Assembly (NCBI GenBank): GCA_041946735.1 | Contig: JBHGAY010000005.1 | Span: 96,001 to 160,000 of the forward strand | From: Candidatus Eiseniibacteriota bacterium | Lineage (GTDB): Bacteria; Eisenbacteria; RBG-16-71-46; CAIMUX01; VGJL01 | DNA: 64,000 nt | Direction of reading: 5' to 3' | The notes under the pieces: model-generated | Databases searched by the model: none | Seen by the model: the letters and a program-made list of their open reading frames with translations, nothing else | What the model was told of the DNA's origin: nothing | Made by a program: the position numbers and the translations under genes | Shown here: positions 27,432-35,837 of the stretch, piece after piece | How positions within the stretch are numbered: position 1 is the stretch's first letter | How the letters are laid out: each line of letters opens with the position of its first letter

Positions 27432-28628
27432 ATGCAGCAATCGCAGCGGCAGGCATCCCAGGTGCGTACCGGACTCGACGTCGTCCTGCGCGATGGGATC
27501 GGCCTTCCCGGCGAAGGCCGGGCGGGACTGTTGTGCAATAGCGCGGCCACCGACCGGCTCCTGCGCGCGACCCCGCAGGCGCTCGCGCAGGTCCGCGGCC
27601 TCCGGCTCATCAGGATCTTCTCGCCGCAGCACGGATTCGCCGGCGAGAAGCAGGACAACATGGTCGAGTCGCCCGACGCGACGCACGAGCCGACCAGCTT
27701 GCCGATCGTGAGCCTCTACGGCCGCGTCCGCCGGCCGGAACCGGCGATGCTCGACGACCTTGACGCAGTGATCGTCGATCTTCCCGACGTCGGCACGCGC
27801 GTCTACACGTTCCTGACGACCGCTCTCTACATGCTCCGCGCGTGCGCCGAAGCGGGCGTGGCGGTGATCGTCCTCGACCGGCCCAATCCGATCGGAGGCG
27901 ATGCTGTCGAAGGCCCCATGCTCGAGGCCGGTTTCACCTCGTTCGTCGGGGAGATCCCGATCCCGCTGCGCCATGGCCTGACGCCGGGCGAGTTTCTCCG
28001 CCTCGGCGCGCGGGCGCTCGATCTCGAGCCGGCGCTCGATCTCACCGTCATCCCGATGGAGGGATGGCGCCGCGACCTCTGGTTCGACGAAACGGGGCTG
28101 ACCTGGGTCATGCCCTCTCCGAACCTTCCGACCCTCGAGAGCACCGTCGTCTACCCGGGCCAGGTGCTGCTCGAGGGCACGACCCTCTCCGAAGGGCGCG
28201 GGACGACCCGGCCGTTCGAGCTTTGGGGCGCCCCGTGGCTCGACACGCGGGCGGTCGCCAACGCGATCGGCCCGCTGGAGGGCTGCCTGCTGCGCGAGGT
28301 CGCCTTCGAGCCGACCTTCCAGAAGCACGCGGGGCAGTTGGTGCGCGGCTTCCAGATCCACGTGACGGACCGCGACCGCTATCGCCCGGTGCGCACCACC
28401 GTCGCGCTCCTCGCCGCCGTGCGCTCGATCCATCCGGAAAGGAAGCTCTGGCGCGAGCCGCCCTACGAGTACGAGACGAAGCGGATGCCGATCGACCTCA
28501 TCAGCGGGAGCGATCGGCTGCGGGCGGCGATCGACGCCGGCGCTTCCGTCGACGACATCGCCGGCCGTTGGGACGAGCAGGTCGCGGCGTTCCGCGAGCG
28601 GCGGCAGGGCTTCCTCCTCTACGAATGA
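27432..28628 (+). CDS. namZ: Exo-beta-N-acetylmuramidase NamZ family (DUF1343)
   Basis: VRTGLD, FSPQHGF, SLYG, DLPDVGTRVYTF, LDRPNPIGG, RHGLT.GE, PSPNLP, EGTTLSEGRGTTRPFE; GGAGGTGA SD. Confidence 0.92.
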   Translation: MQQSQRQASQVRTGLDVVLRDGIGLPGEGRAGLLCNSAATDRLLRATPQALAQVRGLRLIRIFSPQHGFAGEKQDNMVESPDATHEPTSLPIVSLYGRVRRPEPAMLDDLDAVIVDLPDVGTRVYTFLTTALYMLRACAEAGVAVIVLDRPNPIGGDAVEGPMLEAGFTSFVGEIPIPLRHGLTPGEFLRLGARALDLEPALDLTVIPMEGWRRDLWFDETGLTWVMPSPNLPTLESTVVYPGQVLLEGTTLSEGRGTTRPFELWGAPWLDTRAVANAIGPLEGCLLREVAFEPTFQKHAGQLVRGFQIHVTDRDRYRPVRTTVALLAAVRSIHPERKLWREPPYEYETKRMPIDLISGSDRLRAAIDAGASVDDIAGRWDEQVAAFRERRQGFLLYE

Positions 28629-30673
28629 GCGAAGAACGGCCAGGAAGGAGCGAAGAACGGCCAGGAAGGAGCGAAGCCGGGCTGCCCCGCTCCGCTCCGG
28701 CGCTCGACCGCCACGGCGCGCCCCTCCGCGCGATCGTGCTCGCCGCGGGATTCGGCACGCGGATGCTCCCGCTCACACGCACGATGCCGAAGGCGCTCCT
28801 CCCGGTCGCCGGCCGGCCGCTGCTCGAATGGACGCTGCGCCTCCTCGCCCGTTCCGGCATCGACGAGGCCGTCGTGAACGCTCACCATCATGCCGCGGCG
28901 ATCCGCGGCTGGATCGAGCAACGGCGCGGCGATCCGCGGCTCCCCCGCGTGGACGTCGTCGTCGAGGAGCCGGAGATCCTCGGTTCGGCGGGCGGCATCG
29001 CAAACGCCGCCGCTCTCGGGCTGCTGCAGTCCGACCCGATCGTCGTCGCGAACTCCGACCAGATCCTCCGCGTCGATCTCCGCGCGGTCCTCGCCCGGCA
29101 CCTGGAGCGCGGGGCGATCGCGACGCTCGTCTGCTCTCCGCATCCGCTGCTGCGCCAGGTCCGAGTCGCCGGCGAGCGCGTGACGGAGATCCTTCCCTAT
29201 CCGATGCCGACCGGCCAGTCGCTCTACAGCTTCACCGGGATCTGGCTCCTCGCGCGCGAAGGGCTCGAGGAGCTGCCCCGTGGCCGCTTCGAGGAGATCG
29301 GACCGCACTGGCGGCGATGGGTTGCGGCCGATCGCGTCGCGGCCGTCGTCGTGAAGGATGCGCCGTTCCGGGAAGCGGGGACCCCCGAGGCCTGGCTCGA
29401 GGTCGAGCGCGCCGTCGGCCGGCTTCGCGAGGAGCCGCCGGCGATCGAGGAATCGATCGTCCTGCCCGGAGCGAGCGTCGCTCCGGGAGCGCGCGTGCGT
29501 CGCTCGATCCTCGGTCCGGACGCCGTCCTGTCGGCGGGCGAGCAATGCTACCGGCGGATCGTGGCGGCCGGCGAGTCGCGCGCGCTGCGCGTGCTTTCGC
29601 GCGACGAAGAGGAGGCGCTGCGTGCGGTGCTCGAACGGTCGCGGGGGAAGCTGCCGGTCGTCGCGCGAACGCCGGCGTTCGGGATCCGCCTGCTCGCCGG
29701 GGACGGATCGAACCGGCGCTTCGCGCGCCTGCTCTTCGAGCGCGGGAGCCTGGTCGCCATCTTGAATCCACCGGGGGGGGCGCCGCCGGCTTCGGTCTAT
29801 CCGCATCGCGAGACCGCGGGCGGTCCCGACGAGAACGACAGCTACCTCTACGTGCAGCGGTTCCTCGCCGCGCGAGGCGTGCGCGTGCCGGCGATCCATG
29901 CGTTCGATCGCGAGAGCGGGACGATCCTGCTCGAGGATCTCGGCGATCGCCTACTGCTCGAGGAGATCCAAGGCCGGGACGAGGAGGCGCTGAAGGCACA
30001 CTACCGGCAAGCGCTCGAGATGCTCGAGCGGATGCAGGCGCCGGCGCCGCCGGCGTTCGACGCGGCGCAGACGTGGAACGTCGCGTACGACGAGGCGTTC
30101 GTGCTGCGCTTCGAGGCCGGGTATTTCCATCGGGAAATGGTCGAGTCGATCGCGGGACTCGCCGTCCCGTTCTCCGAGATGGAGGGGATCTACCGGCGCA
30201 TCGCGCAGCGGTCGCTGGCAGGCGCTCCGCGGGTCGCGATGCACCGCGATTTCCAGTCCCGCAACCTGATGATCGTCGAAGGCGGTCTCGCCCTTCTCGA
30301 CTTGCAGGGGATGCGTCTCGGGCCGCCGGAGTACGACCTCGCCTCGCTCCTCCTCGATCCGTATGCCGATCTGCCGGCGCGGCTGCGCGAGGAGCTGCTC
30401 GAGGAGGCGATCGCCGCGAGCGCGGGGCGGATCGATCGCGGCCGGTTCGTCGCTTCGGGGATCGACCGGATGATGCAGGCGCTCGGCGCCTACGCGTATC
30501 TAGGCGGGCGTCTCGGCAAGCCGGGATTCCTCGAGCACGCGCCGGTCGCGCTGCGGCGCCTGCGGGAGCTGGCCGAGGAGGCGTCGCTCCCGGAGATGGC
30601 GGGACTGGCCGACCGCGTCACCGAGGCGCTCACGCGCCGCGCGCACCGGGAGCACCGCGCCGAGCCGGCTTAG
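28625..30673 (+). CDS. Fusion of sugar-1-phosphate nucleotidyltransferase (MurU-like) and anomeric sugar kinase (AmgK-like)
   Basis: N-half LAAGFGTRM.PLT...PKAL, GSAGGI, NSD; C-half LAGDGSNRRF.R, LEDLGD, HRDFQSRNLM, LDLQG..GP.EYDLASLL.D; ATGA overlap with namZ. Confidence 0.85.
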   Translation: MSEERPGRSEERPGRSEAGLPRSAPALDRHGAPLRAIVLAAGFGTRMLPLTRTMPKALLPVAGRPLLEWTLRLLARSGIDEAVVNAHHHAAAIRGWIEQRRGDPRLPRVDVVVEEPEILGSAGGIANAAALGLLQSDPIVVANSDQILRVDLRAVLARHLERGAIATLVCSPHPLLRQVRVAGERVTEILPYPMPTGQSLYSFTGIWLLAREGLEELPRGRFEEIGPHWRRWVAADRVAAVVVKDAPFREAGTPEAWLEVERAVGRLREEPPAIEESIVLPGASVAPGARVRRSILGPDAVLSAGEQCYRRIVAAGESRALRVLSRDEEEALRAVLERSRGKLPVVARTPAFGIRLLAGDGSNRRFARLLFERGSLVAILNPPGGAPPASVYPHRETAGGPDENDSYLYVQRFLAARGVRVPAIHAFDRESGTILLEDLGDRLLLEEIQGRDEEALKAHYRQALEMLERMQAPAPPAFDAAQTWNVAYDEAFVLRFEAGYFHREMVESIAGLAVPFSEMEGIYRRIAQRSLAGAPRVAMHRDFQSRNLMIVEGGLALLDLQGMRLGPPEYDLASLLLDPYADLPARLREELLEEAIAASAGRIDRGRFVASGIDRMMQALGAYAYLGGRLGKPGFLEHAPVALRRLRELAEEASLPEMAGLADRVTEALTRRAHREHRAEPA

Positions 30674-32466
30674 CGGCGGAGGGAGATCTTGCGGGTCGTC
30701 TCGATCCCGCCGGCGGCCCCCCGGACGCGGACGAAGTAGATCCCGCTCGGCACCGGGTTGCCCGCCTCGTTCTCGCCGCGCCAGACGAAGGCGAGCGTTC
30801 CGCCGGCGGCGACCGGACCAGCGGTCGCAGCGAGCGAGCGCACGAGCCGCCCGCTTGCGTCGATGACCTCGACGTCCGCGGACCGCCCGTCTCCCACCGC
30901 CGCCGCAGCCCCCGCCGCCATCTCCAGCCGGAGCGTTACTTCGCCGGCGAACGGGTTCGGGTAGGCGGCGAGGCGGACCGGCGGGCGCAGCGTCGCGTCC
31001 GCCACCGAGGCCCCGGAGTCCTGTCGATAGCCGATCGAGAGCAGGTCCTGCTGCGTGATCCAGGTGTAGCCGTACCCGACCGCGTAGAGGTCGCCGAGCG
31101 GGCTTGCGGCGATCGCGGAAACCTCGTCGGTCAGGCCGTCCCCCGAATCCCGGATGGACGACCAGGCGATCGAGCCGTCTGCCGGGTCGAAGCCGACGAG
31201 GGTCGCGTCCCAACCGGTGGCGGCGGCGCTGCTGAAGCCGCCCGCAACGATCTCCCCGGATGCCGCCCCGGAGACGGCGATCGCGGACGCGCCGTCGTAG
31301 TCGTGCGCGGGCGCATCCCACAGGGACCGCCACTGCAGCTCGCCATCGCCACAGGCGAACTTGCACACGAGGAAGTCGCCGCTCTGCACGCCTGCCACGA
31401 GGAGGTTGCCGTCGCGATCGCTCGCGGCGGCGCGCGGATTGTCGGAGACGGCCCCAGGTGCGCCGTAGCGGGACTGCCAGACGACCTCGCCATCCGACGC
31501 ATCGAAGCGGAAGGCGACCACGTCGAAGAGGGTGGCCGGCTCCCACATCCGGTTCGTGACGAGAGCGTCGTCGTCCGAGCAGAGGAGGATCCATCCGGCC
31601 CGCTCGCCGATGTTGTTGACGGCCCCGGGCAGGACCTTCTGCCAGATCGTCGTGCCGTCGGCCGAGTCCAGCTTCGCCGTGCAGAAATCGGCGTTGCCGT
31701 CCGCGCGTCCGAAGATGCCGGTCAGGACGGGATCGCCGTCGGATCCGACGGCGATCGCCCAGGCTGCGTCGTCCTGATGGTCGGCGCCGCCGAGGAGCCT
31801 GGTCCAGACGACGTGCCCGTCGGCGGCGTCGAGCTTCATCGCGACGACGTCGTCCAGTTCCGATTCGCCGTTGTACATGCGGCCGGTCAGGAAGACGTTG
31901 CCGCCGGAGTCGCAGGCGATCGCGTAGACGGATTCGTTCGTTCCGGTGGGGCTGGCGTAGTGCTGCAACCAGAGAGACTCTCCGGTCTCACCGTCCCGCT
32001 TCAGGACGATGATGTCGTCGCCGTGCCCTCACCCGACGCAGCCGCGCACGTATCCGCCGACGAGCACGTCGCCGAACGGGTCGAGGACGATCGAGGTGAG
32101 CGCCATGTCGTTGCCGTCGGAGGCGAGGTACTCGGCCAGCCAGAGAAGGCGGCCGTCCTGGCGCGCGAGCCGGCGTACGGACATCGCCGAACCGTTGATG
32201 CCATCGCGCGTCTCGCCCCCGACGATCAGGTCGCCGTTGGGGGCGGCGACGGCGGCGGTCGCGTAGTCGGAGTAGGCGCCTCCGGCGTCGTAGAGGTCCA
32301 GCCACTGCTCGGACGGCTCGGCGGCCGCGGCGCGGGAAAGGGGGAGGGCGAGGACGAGGGCAAGGGCAGCGGCCAAGGCGCAGATGCGGATTGCGGCAGA
32401 GGCGGAAGCGGAAGCGGTGGTGGCGGCGGTGGCGACGACGGTGGCGGGACCGGCGGGTGTCTTCAT
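30670..32466 (-). CDS. Secreted 8-bladed beta-propeller protein with C-terminal FlgD-Ig/Por-like domain; in-frame TGA at codon 146 (candidate selenocysteine, CxxU)
   Basis: ORFs 32029..32466 and 30670..31968 share one frame and are separated only by TGA 32029-32031 (GGYVRGCVG*GHGDDIIVLKRD); signal peptide; 8 W..Y/L....D.A.AI..D..G...V.G blades; tail YPNPF...IDASGRLVRSL...WRGENEAG.PVPSGIYFVR. Confidence 0.8.
31988..32012 (-). promoter_or_regulatory. Candidate bacterial SECIS hairpin
   Basis: mRNA UCAUCGUCCU-GAAGC-GGGACGGUGA: 10-bp stem (2 G-U pairs), 5-nt loop starting with G, loop 26 nt after the UGA. Confidence 0.6.
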
Positions 32467-32562
32467 CGGATCTCCTGCGGCGGCCTTCGAATGCGTCTCG
32501 TCTGCCGTGTGCGGCGGCCGGTCGAACCGCGCCGGTCGAACGGCGTCGATCGAATCGTGTCG

Positions 32563-32571
32563 ATTGTAGCA
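32563..32571 (-). promoter_or_regulatory. Extended -10 element TGCTACAAT upstream of the beta-propeller gene
   Basis: TGn-TACAAT about 97 nt upstream of ATG 32466; SD GGAG present. Confidence 0.45.
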
Positions 32572-32767
32572 GGTCGGGACGGCGCCCGGCGACCTCGCGC
32601 TGGCTCGCCCGCTTCGAATGCGAGCGGAGGCGAGCCCCTTCCTGGTGCCTTCCGGACGGTGGGCGGGTATTCTCCCGACGGCGGCCGGGCGCGCCGGGTC
32701 AACCGGGCGCACCGGATCGAAGAGGCGCGCGCTGGCAGATCCGGCCCGGACAAGAGGAGGAGGAGGC

Positions 32768-33148
32768 ATGCCGGCAAGGGCGAAGGCGATCGACCGGACG
32801 ACGGGAAACGTGGCGCGGGCGGCGAAAGCAGCGAGCGCTATCTCGATCCTGATGCTCGCCGCGTTCTTGATCGGAGAACGGGCGAGCTTCTCCGCCCTCA
32901 CCTGGAAGGACTGGCTGGGCCTCGCCCTGTTCCCGGCCGGCGTCGTCGCCGGAATGGGGATCGCGTGGTGGCGGGAGATCCTGGGAGGCGCCATAGCCTG
33001 CGGGTCGCTCCTCGCCTTCTATCTGATCCACGGGTTGTGGCTGAGCGGCCGGCTCCCGAACGGGATCTTCTTCGTCCTGTTCGCCTCGCCGGGATTGCTG
33101 TTTCTCGTCAACGGCCTGATCCGCTACCGGAGAAGCCGGGGAAGGTAG
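32768..33148 (+). CDS. Small membrane protein of unknown function (about 4 TM)
   Basis: Four hydrophobic segments; GGAGGAGG before ATG 32768. Confidence 0.75.
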   Translation: MPARAKAIDRTTGNVARAAKAASAISILMLAAFLIGERASFSALTWKDWLGLALFPAGVVAGMGIAWWREILGGAIACGSLLAFYLIHGLWLSGRLPNGIFFVLFASPGLLFLVNGLIRYRRSRGR

Positions 33149-33154
33149 AAGCAG

Positions 33155-35026
33155 GTGCCCGGCCGCTCCTCGCGCCTGCGCCGTCTTCCGTCCGGGCTGC
33201 TGCCCGCCGTGCTCGCGCTCTCGCTGCTCGTGCTCGGCGCGCTCGCCCTCCGGCTCTGGGGGATCCGCTACGGGCTGCCCCACGTCTATCACACCGATGA
33301 GATCTTCGAGGTGAAGCGGGCGCTGAAGCTGGGGGCGGGGCAGTTCGACTTCCACCGTGCGTTCAAGGGGGGGCTCTACTACCTTCTCTTCATGGAGTAC
33401 GCGGTCTACTACGCGTGGCTCCGTCTCGGCGGCTCGATCCGCTCGAGCTACGACTTCCTCGTACTGTTCTTCCGCGATCCGACCGGATTCTGGATGATCG
33501 GGCGCTCCACGGTCGCGGTCATCGGCGCTGCGACGGCCGTCCCCGTGTTCCTTCTCGCGCGCCGCCTCGCCGGGCGGACGATCGCGGGGATCGCCGCCGC
33601 GCTCTTCCTCGCGATGAGCTTCGATCACGTCTGGTCGTCGCACTTCACGACGGTCGACGTGCCGATGGTGGCGCTGCTCGCGGTCGCGTTCCTCTTCCTC
33701 GAGCGGGCGGCTCACGAGAACGGAATGCGCGCGATCCTCGTCGCCTCGATCTTCGCGGCCTTGGCGACCGCCACGAAGCTCCCGGCGATCGTCTCCCTCG
33801 TGCCGCTGGCGATCGTCTCGCTCGCGCGGCCCGCGGCCGTTTCGCTCGCGCGGCCGGCCACGCGGCCGGCGGCCGTTTCGCGCCTGCGCCGGCTCGCCCT
33901 GGCGGCGCTCGTCTTCGCGGTCGTGACGGCGATCGTCAACCCGGGTTTCTATCCGGAGATCCTGCGTCTCGCCGGCAGCCGGCTCGGCCTCGCCACGCCC
34001 CCGCCGCAGCCGCCCGACGATCCCTATCCCTTGCGGACCGAGAACGTGTGGATCTACTACCTCGTCTCGATCGTGCATTCACTCGGGCTCCCGATCGTCG
34101 CGCTCTCCGCCGGCGGGGCGGTCCTCGCAATTCGCCGGCGGACGATGATCGACGTCTCGCTCCTCGCCTTCGCCGTGGCGCTCTATCTCTTCGTCTGTCT
34201 GCCCTGGTCGGAGGACTTGATCTATCCGCGCTACACGCTGCCGATCCAGCTCGTGCTCGTTCTCTTCGCCGGATGGTTCGTGTCGTGGCTGCTCCAATGG
34301 AGCTTCCTCGTTCGCCGGCAGAAACTCGCCGCCCCCGCCGCGGCCGTCTTGCTGGGGCTCGTCGCGCTTCCGCCGGCGATCGCCTCTCTGCGCTACGACG
34401 CGGGGGCGAGCCGTCCCGATAGCCGGACCATCGCGCGGCAGTGGATCGTGGAGCACCTTCCGCCCGAGTCGCGAATCCTGATCGAGGGCCGTGGCTATCA
34501 GACCTCCACCGGGACGGTCCCGCTCGTCAACCGTCCGGAGAACATCGAAGCCCTCGTCGCACGCTTTCGGTCTGCGGATGCGCGATGGAGCGGGAAAGCG
34601 GCCGGCGGGGGAGAGGACTCCGGCTCCGCCGGCTACGGCGCCGGCCCCGGTTCCGGCTCCGACTCCTACGCTCCGCTCAAGGATCGATTCCACCGGGCCG
34701 CCGTCGACGCTGCCGCCTCGACCCGGAGCTTCGACCTGATCCTCTTCGGCACCGAGACGCTTTCCTACCGGCGCCTGTCGGAGTACATCGAAGACGGAGC
34801 CGACTACGTCGTGATCGAAAAGGACCGGATGGAGAAGATGCGCGAGCCGGGCAACGCGGCTCGCTTCCCCGAAGCCGCCCGCTTTTATGAGGATGTCGCG
34901 AGCAACGGCGATCTCGAGCTTATGCGGGAGTTCGTGCCATCTGCCGGCGGTCTGGGCCCCGTGCTTCGGCTCTACCAGGTGCTGCGCGGGGACCCCGACG
35001 GCGCCGGATCACCAGGCCGCCGGTAG
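33155..35026 (+). CDS. GT-C fold glycosyltransferase (ArnT/PMT family)
   Basis: LRLWGI.YGLP...HTDE, SHFTTVDVP, ATATKLP, PRYTLP, DSRT.A..WI; multi-TM with a C-terminal soluble domain. Confidence 0.85.
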   Translation: MPGRSSRLRRLPSGLLPAVLALSLLVLGALALRLWGIRYGLPHVYHTDEIFEVKRALKLGAGQFDFHRAFKGGLYYLLFMEYAVYYAWLRLGGSIRSSYDFLVLFFRDPTGFWMIGRSTVAVIGAATAVPVFLLARRLAGRTIAGIAAALFLAMSFDHVWSSHFTTVDVPMVALLAVAFLFLERAAHENGMRAILVASIFAALATATKLPAIVSLVPLAIVSLARPAAVSLARPATRPAAVSRLRRLALAALVFAVVTAIVNPGFYPEILRLAGSRLGLATPPPQPPDDPYPLRTENVWIYYLVSIVHSLGLPIVALSAGGAVLAIRRRTMIDVSLLAFAVALYLFVCLPWSEDLIYPRYTLPIQLVLVLFAGWFVSWLLQWSFLVRRQKLAAPAAAVLLGLVALPPAIASLRYDAGASRPDSRTIARQWIVEHLPPESRILIEGRGYQTSTGTVPLVNRPENIEALVARFRSADARWSGKAAGGGEDSGSAGYGAGPGSGSDSYAPLKDRFHRAAVDAAASTRSFDLILFGTETLSYRRLSEYIEDGADYVVIEKDRMEKMREPGNAARFPEAARFYEDVASNGDLELMREFVPSAGGLGPVLRLYQVLRGDPDGAGSPGRR

Positions 35027-35030
35027 CCCT

Positions 35031-35837
35031 TCAACCGCGACGATCCGCGCGAACGATGACCGGCGAGCCGAAGCGGGCGAGCAGCCCCACCGCCCGTCCC
35101 GGCCTCTCGAGCAGGCGCCCGATCGCCGCCGATCCGTGCATCCGGTGGAAGACCATCGGCAGGACGAACTGCGGTCGCGCCTCCCGCACCTGGTAGCCGT
35201 GGGCGTCGAGCATCCGCTCGATCGCGGCCGGCGAGAAGACCCGGTACGGCCGCGTGTTCCCCTCGATCCTCCTCTTCACCGGGAATGTCTCCCTCGCGAT
35301 CCGATTGAAGCTGCGAGACGACGGATAGTCGAAGAGGACGGAGCGGCGGGCGACGCGGCACAACTCGCCGAGCAGCCGTTCCGGGTCGGAGACGTGGGGA
35401 AGGAGGCGGAAGCAGAGGACGGCGTCGAAGCTCCGCGATTCGTGCGGAAGCTCGCAGAGCGAGCCGGTCTCGAAGGAGACCCGCCCATCCGCGAGAAACG
35501 GCGTCAGGCGGCGCGCAGCTTCCGGCCGGCTCCCGAGGACGAGGAGGCGATGGCCGGCGTGCAGCAGCGCGGGCGCAAGCTGCGCATGTCCGCCCCCCAC
35601 GTCGAGCAGGAGGCCACCGGGCGGGAGGTCCGCGAGCAACGCGAGCGCCGACTGCGCCTGCCTGTCGAGGAACCACGCGCCGGCAGACCCGCGGAACCGC
35701 GCGGCGTAGGCGTCGGAAGCGGTGAACACGTCCGCCTCCTCGCAGTCGGATCCGATGCCGGCGCCGGCTCCGGCTCCGGCATTCGCGGCGGCGGCGACCG
35801 TCGCCGCCGGATCCCGCTCATGCCCGGGCCGGCTCAT
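35031..35837 (-). CDS. Class I SAM-dependent methyltransferase
   Basis: LLDVGGGH, LPHESRSFDAVLCFRLLPHV, ELCRVAR. Confidence 0.85.
   Translation of the reverse strand: MSRPGHERDPAATVAAAANAGAGAGAGIGSDCEEADVFTASDAYAARFRGSAGAWFLDRQAQSALALLADLPPGGLLLDVGGGHAQLAPALLHAGHRLLVLGSRPEAARRLTPFLADGRVSFETGSLCELPHESRSFDAVLCFRLLPHVSDPERLLGELCRVARRSVLFDYPSSRSFNRIARETFPVKRRIEGNTRPYRVFSPAAIERMLDAHGYQVREARPQFVLPMVFHRMHGSAAIGRLLERPGRAVGLLARFGSPVIVRADRRG

Noticed and set aside
30670..30970. Proof of a type IX secretion system
   Set aside because: The YPNPF/FlgD-Ig tail also occurs in lineages without a demonstrated T9SS; no machinery genes are in the window.
32029..32031. Genome-wide TGA reassignment (Trp/Gly) as the explanation for the in-frame TGA
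   Set aside because: TGA is the normal stop of many genes here, including numerous ATGA/GTGA overlaps, and Trp is encoded by TGG.
28828..33300. 1490-aa ORF and other long Arg/Ala/Pro-rich ORFs (e.g. 11992-14889, 22690-25038, 39029-41269, 49539-51812, 61143-63302)
   Set aside because: Shadow frames of high-GC DNA overlapping well-supported genes; no domain motifs.
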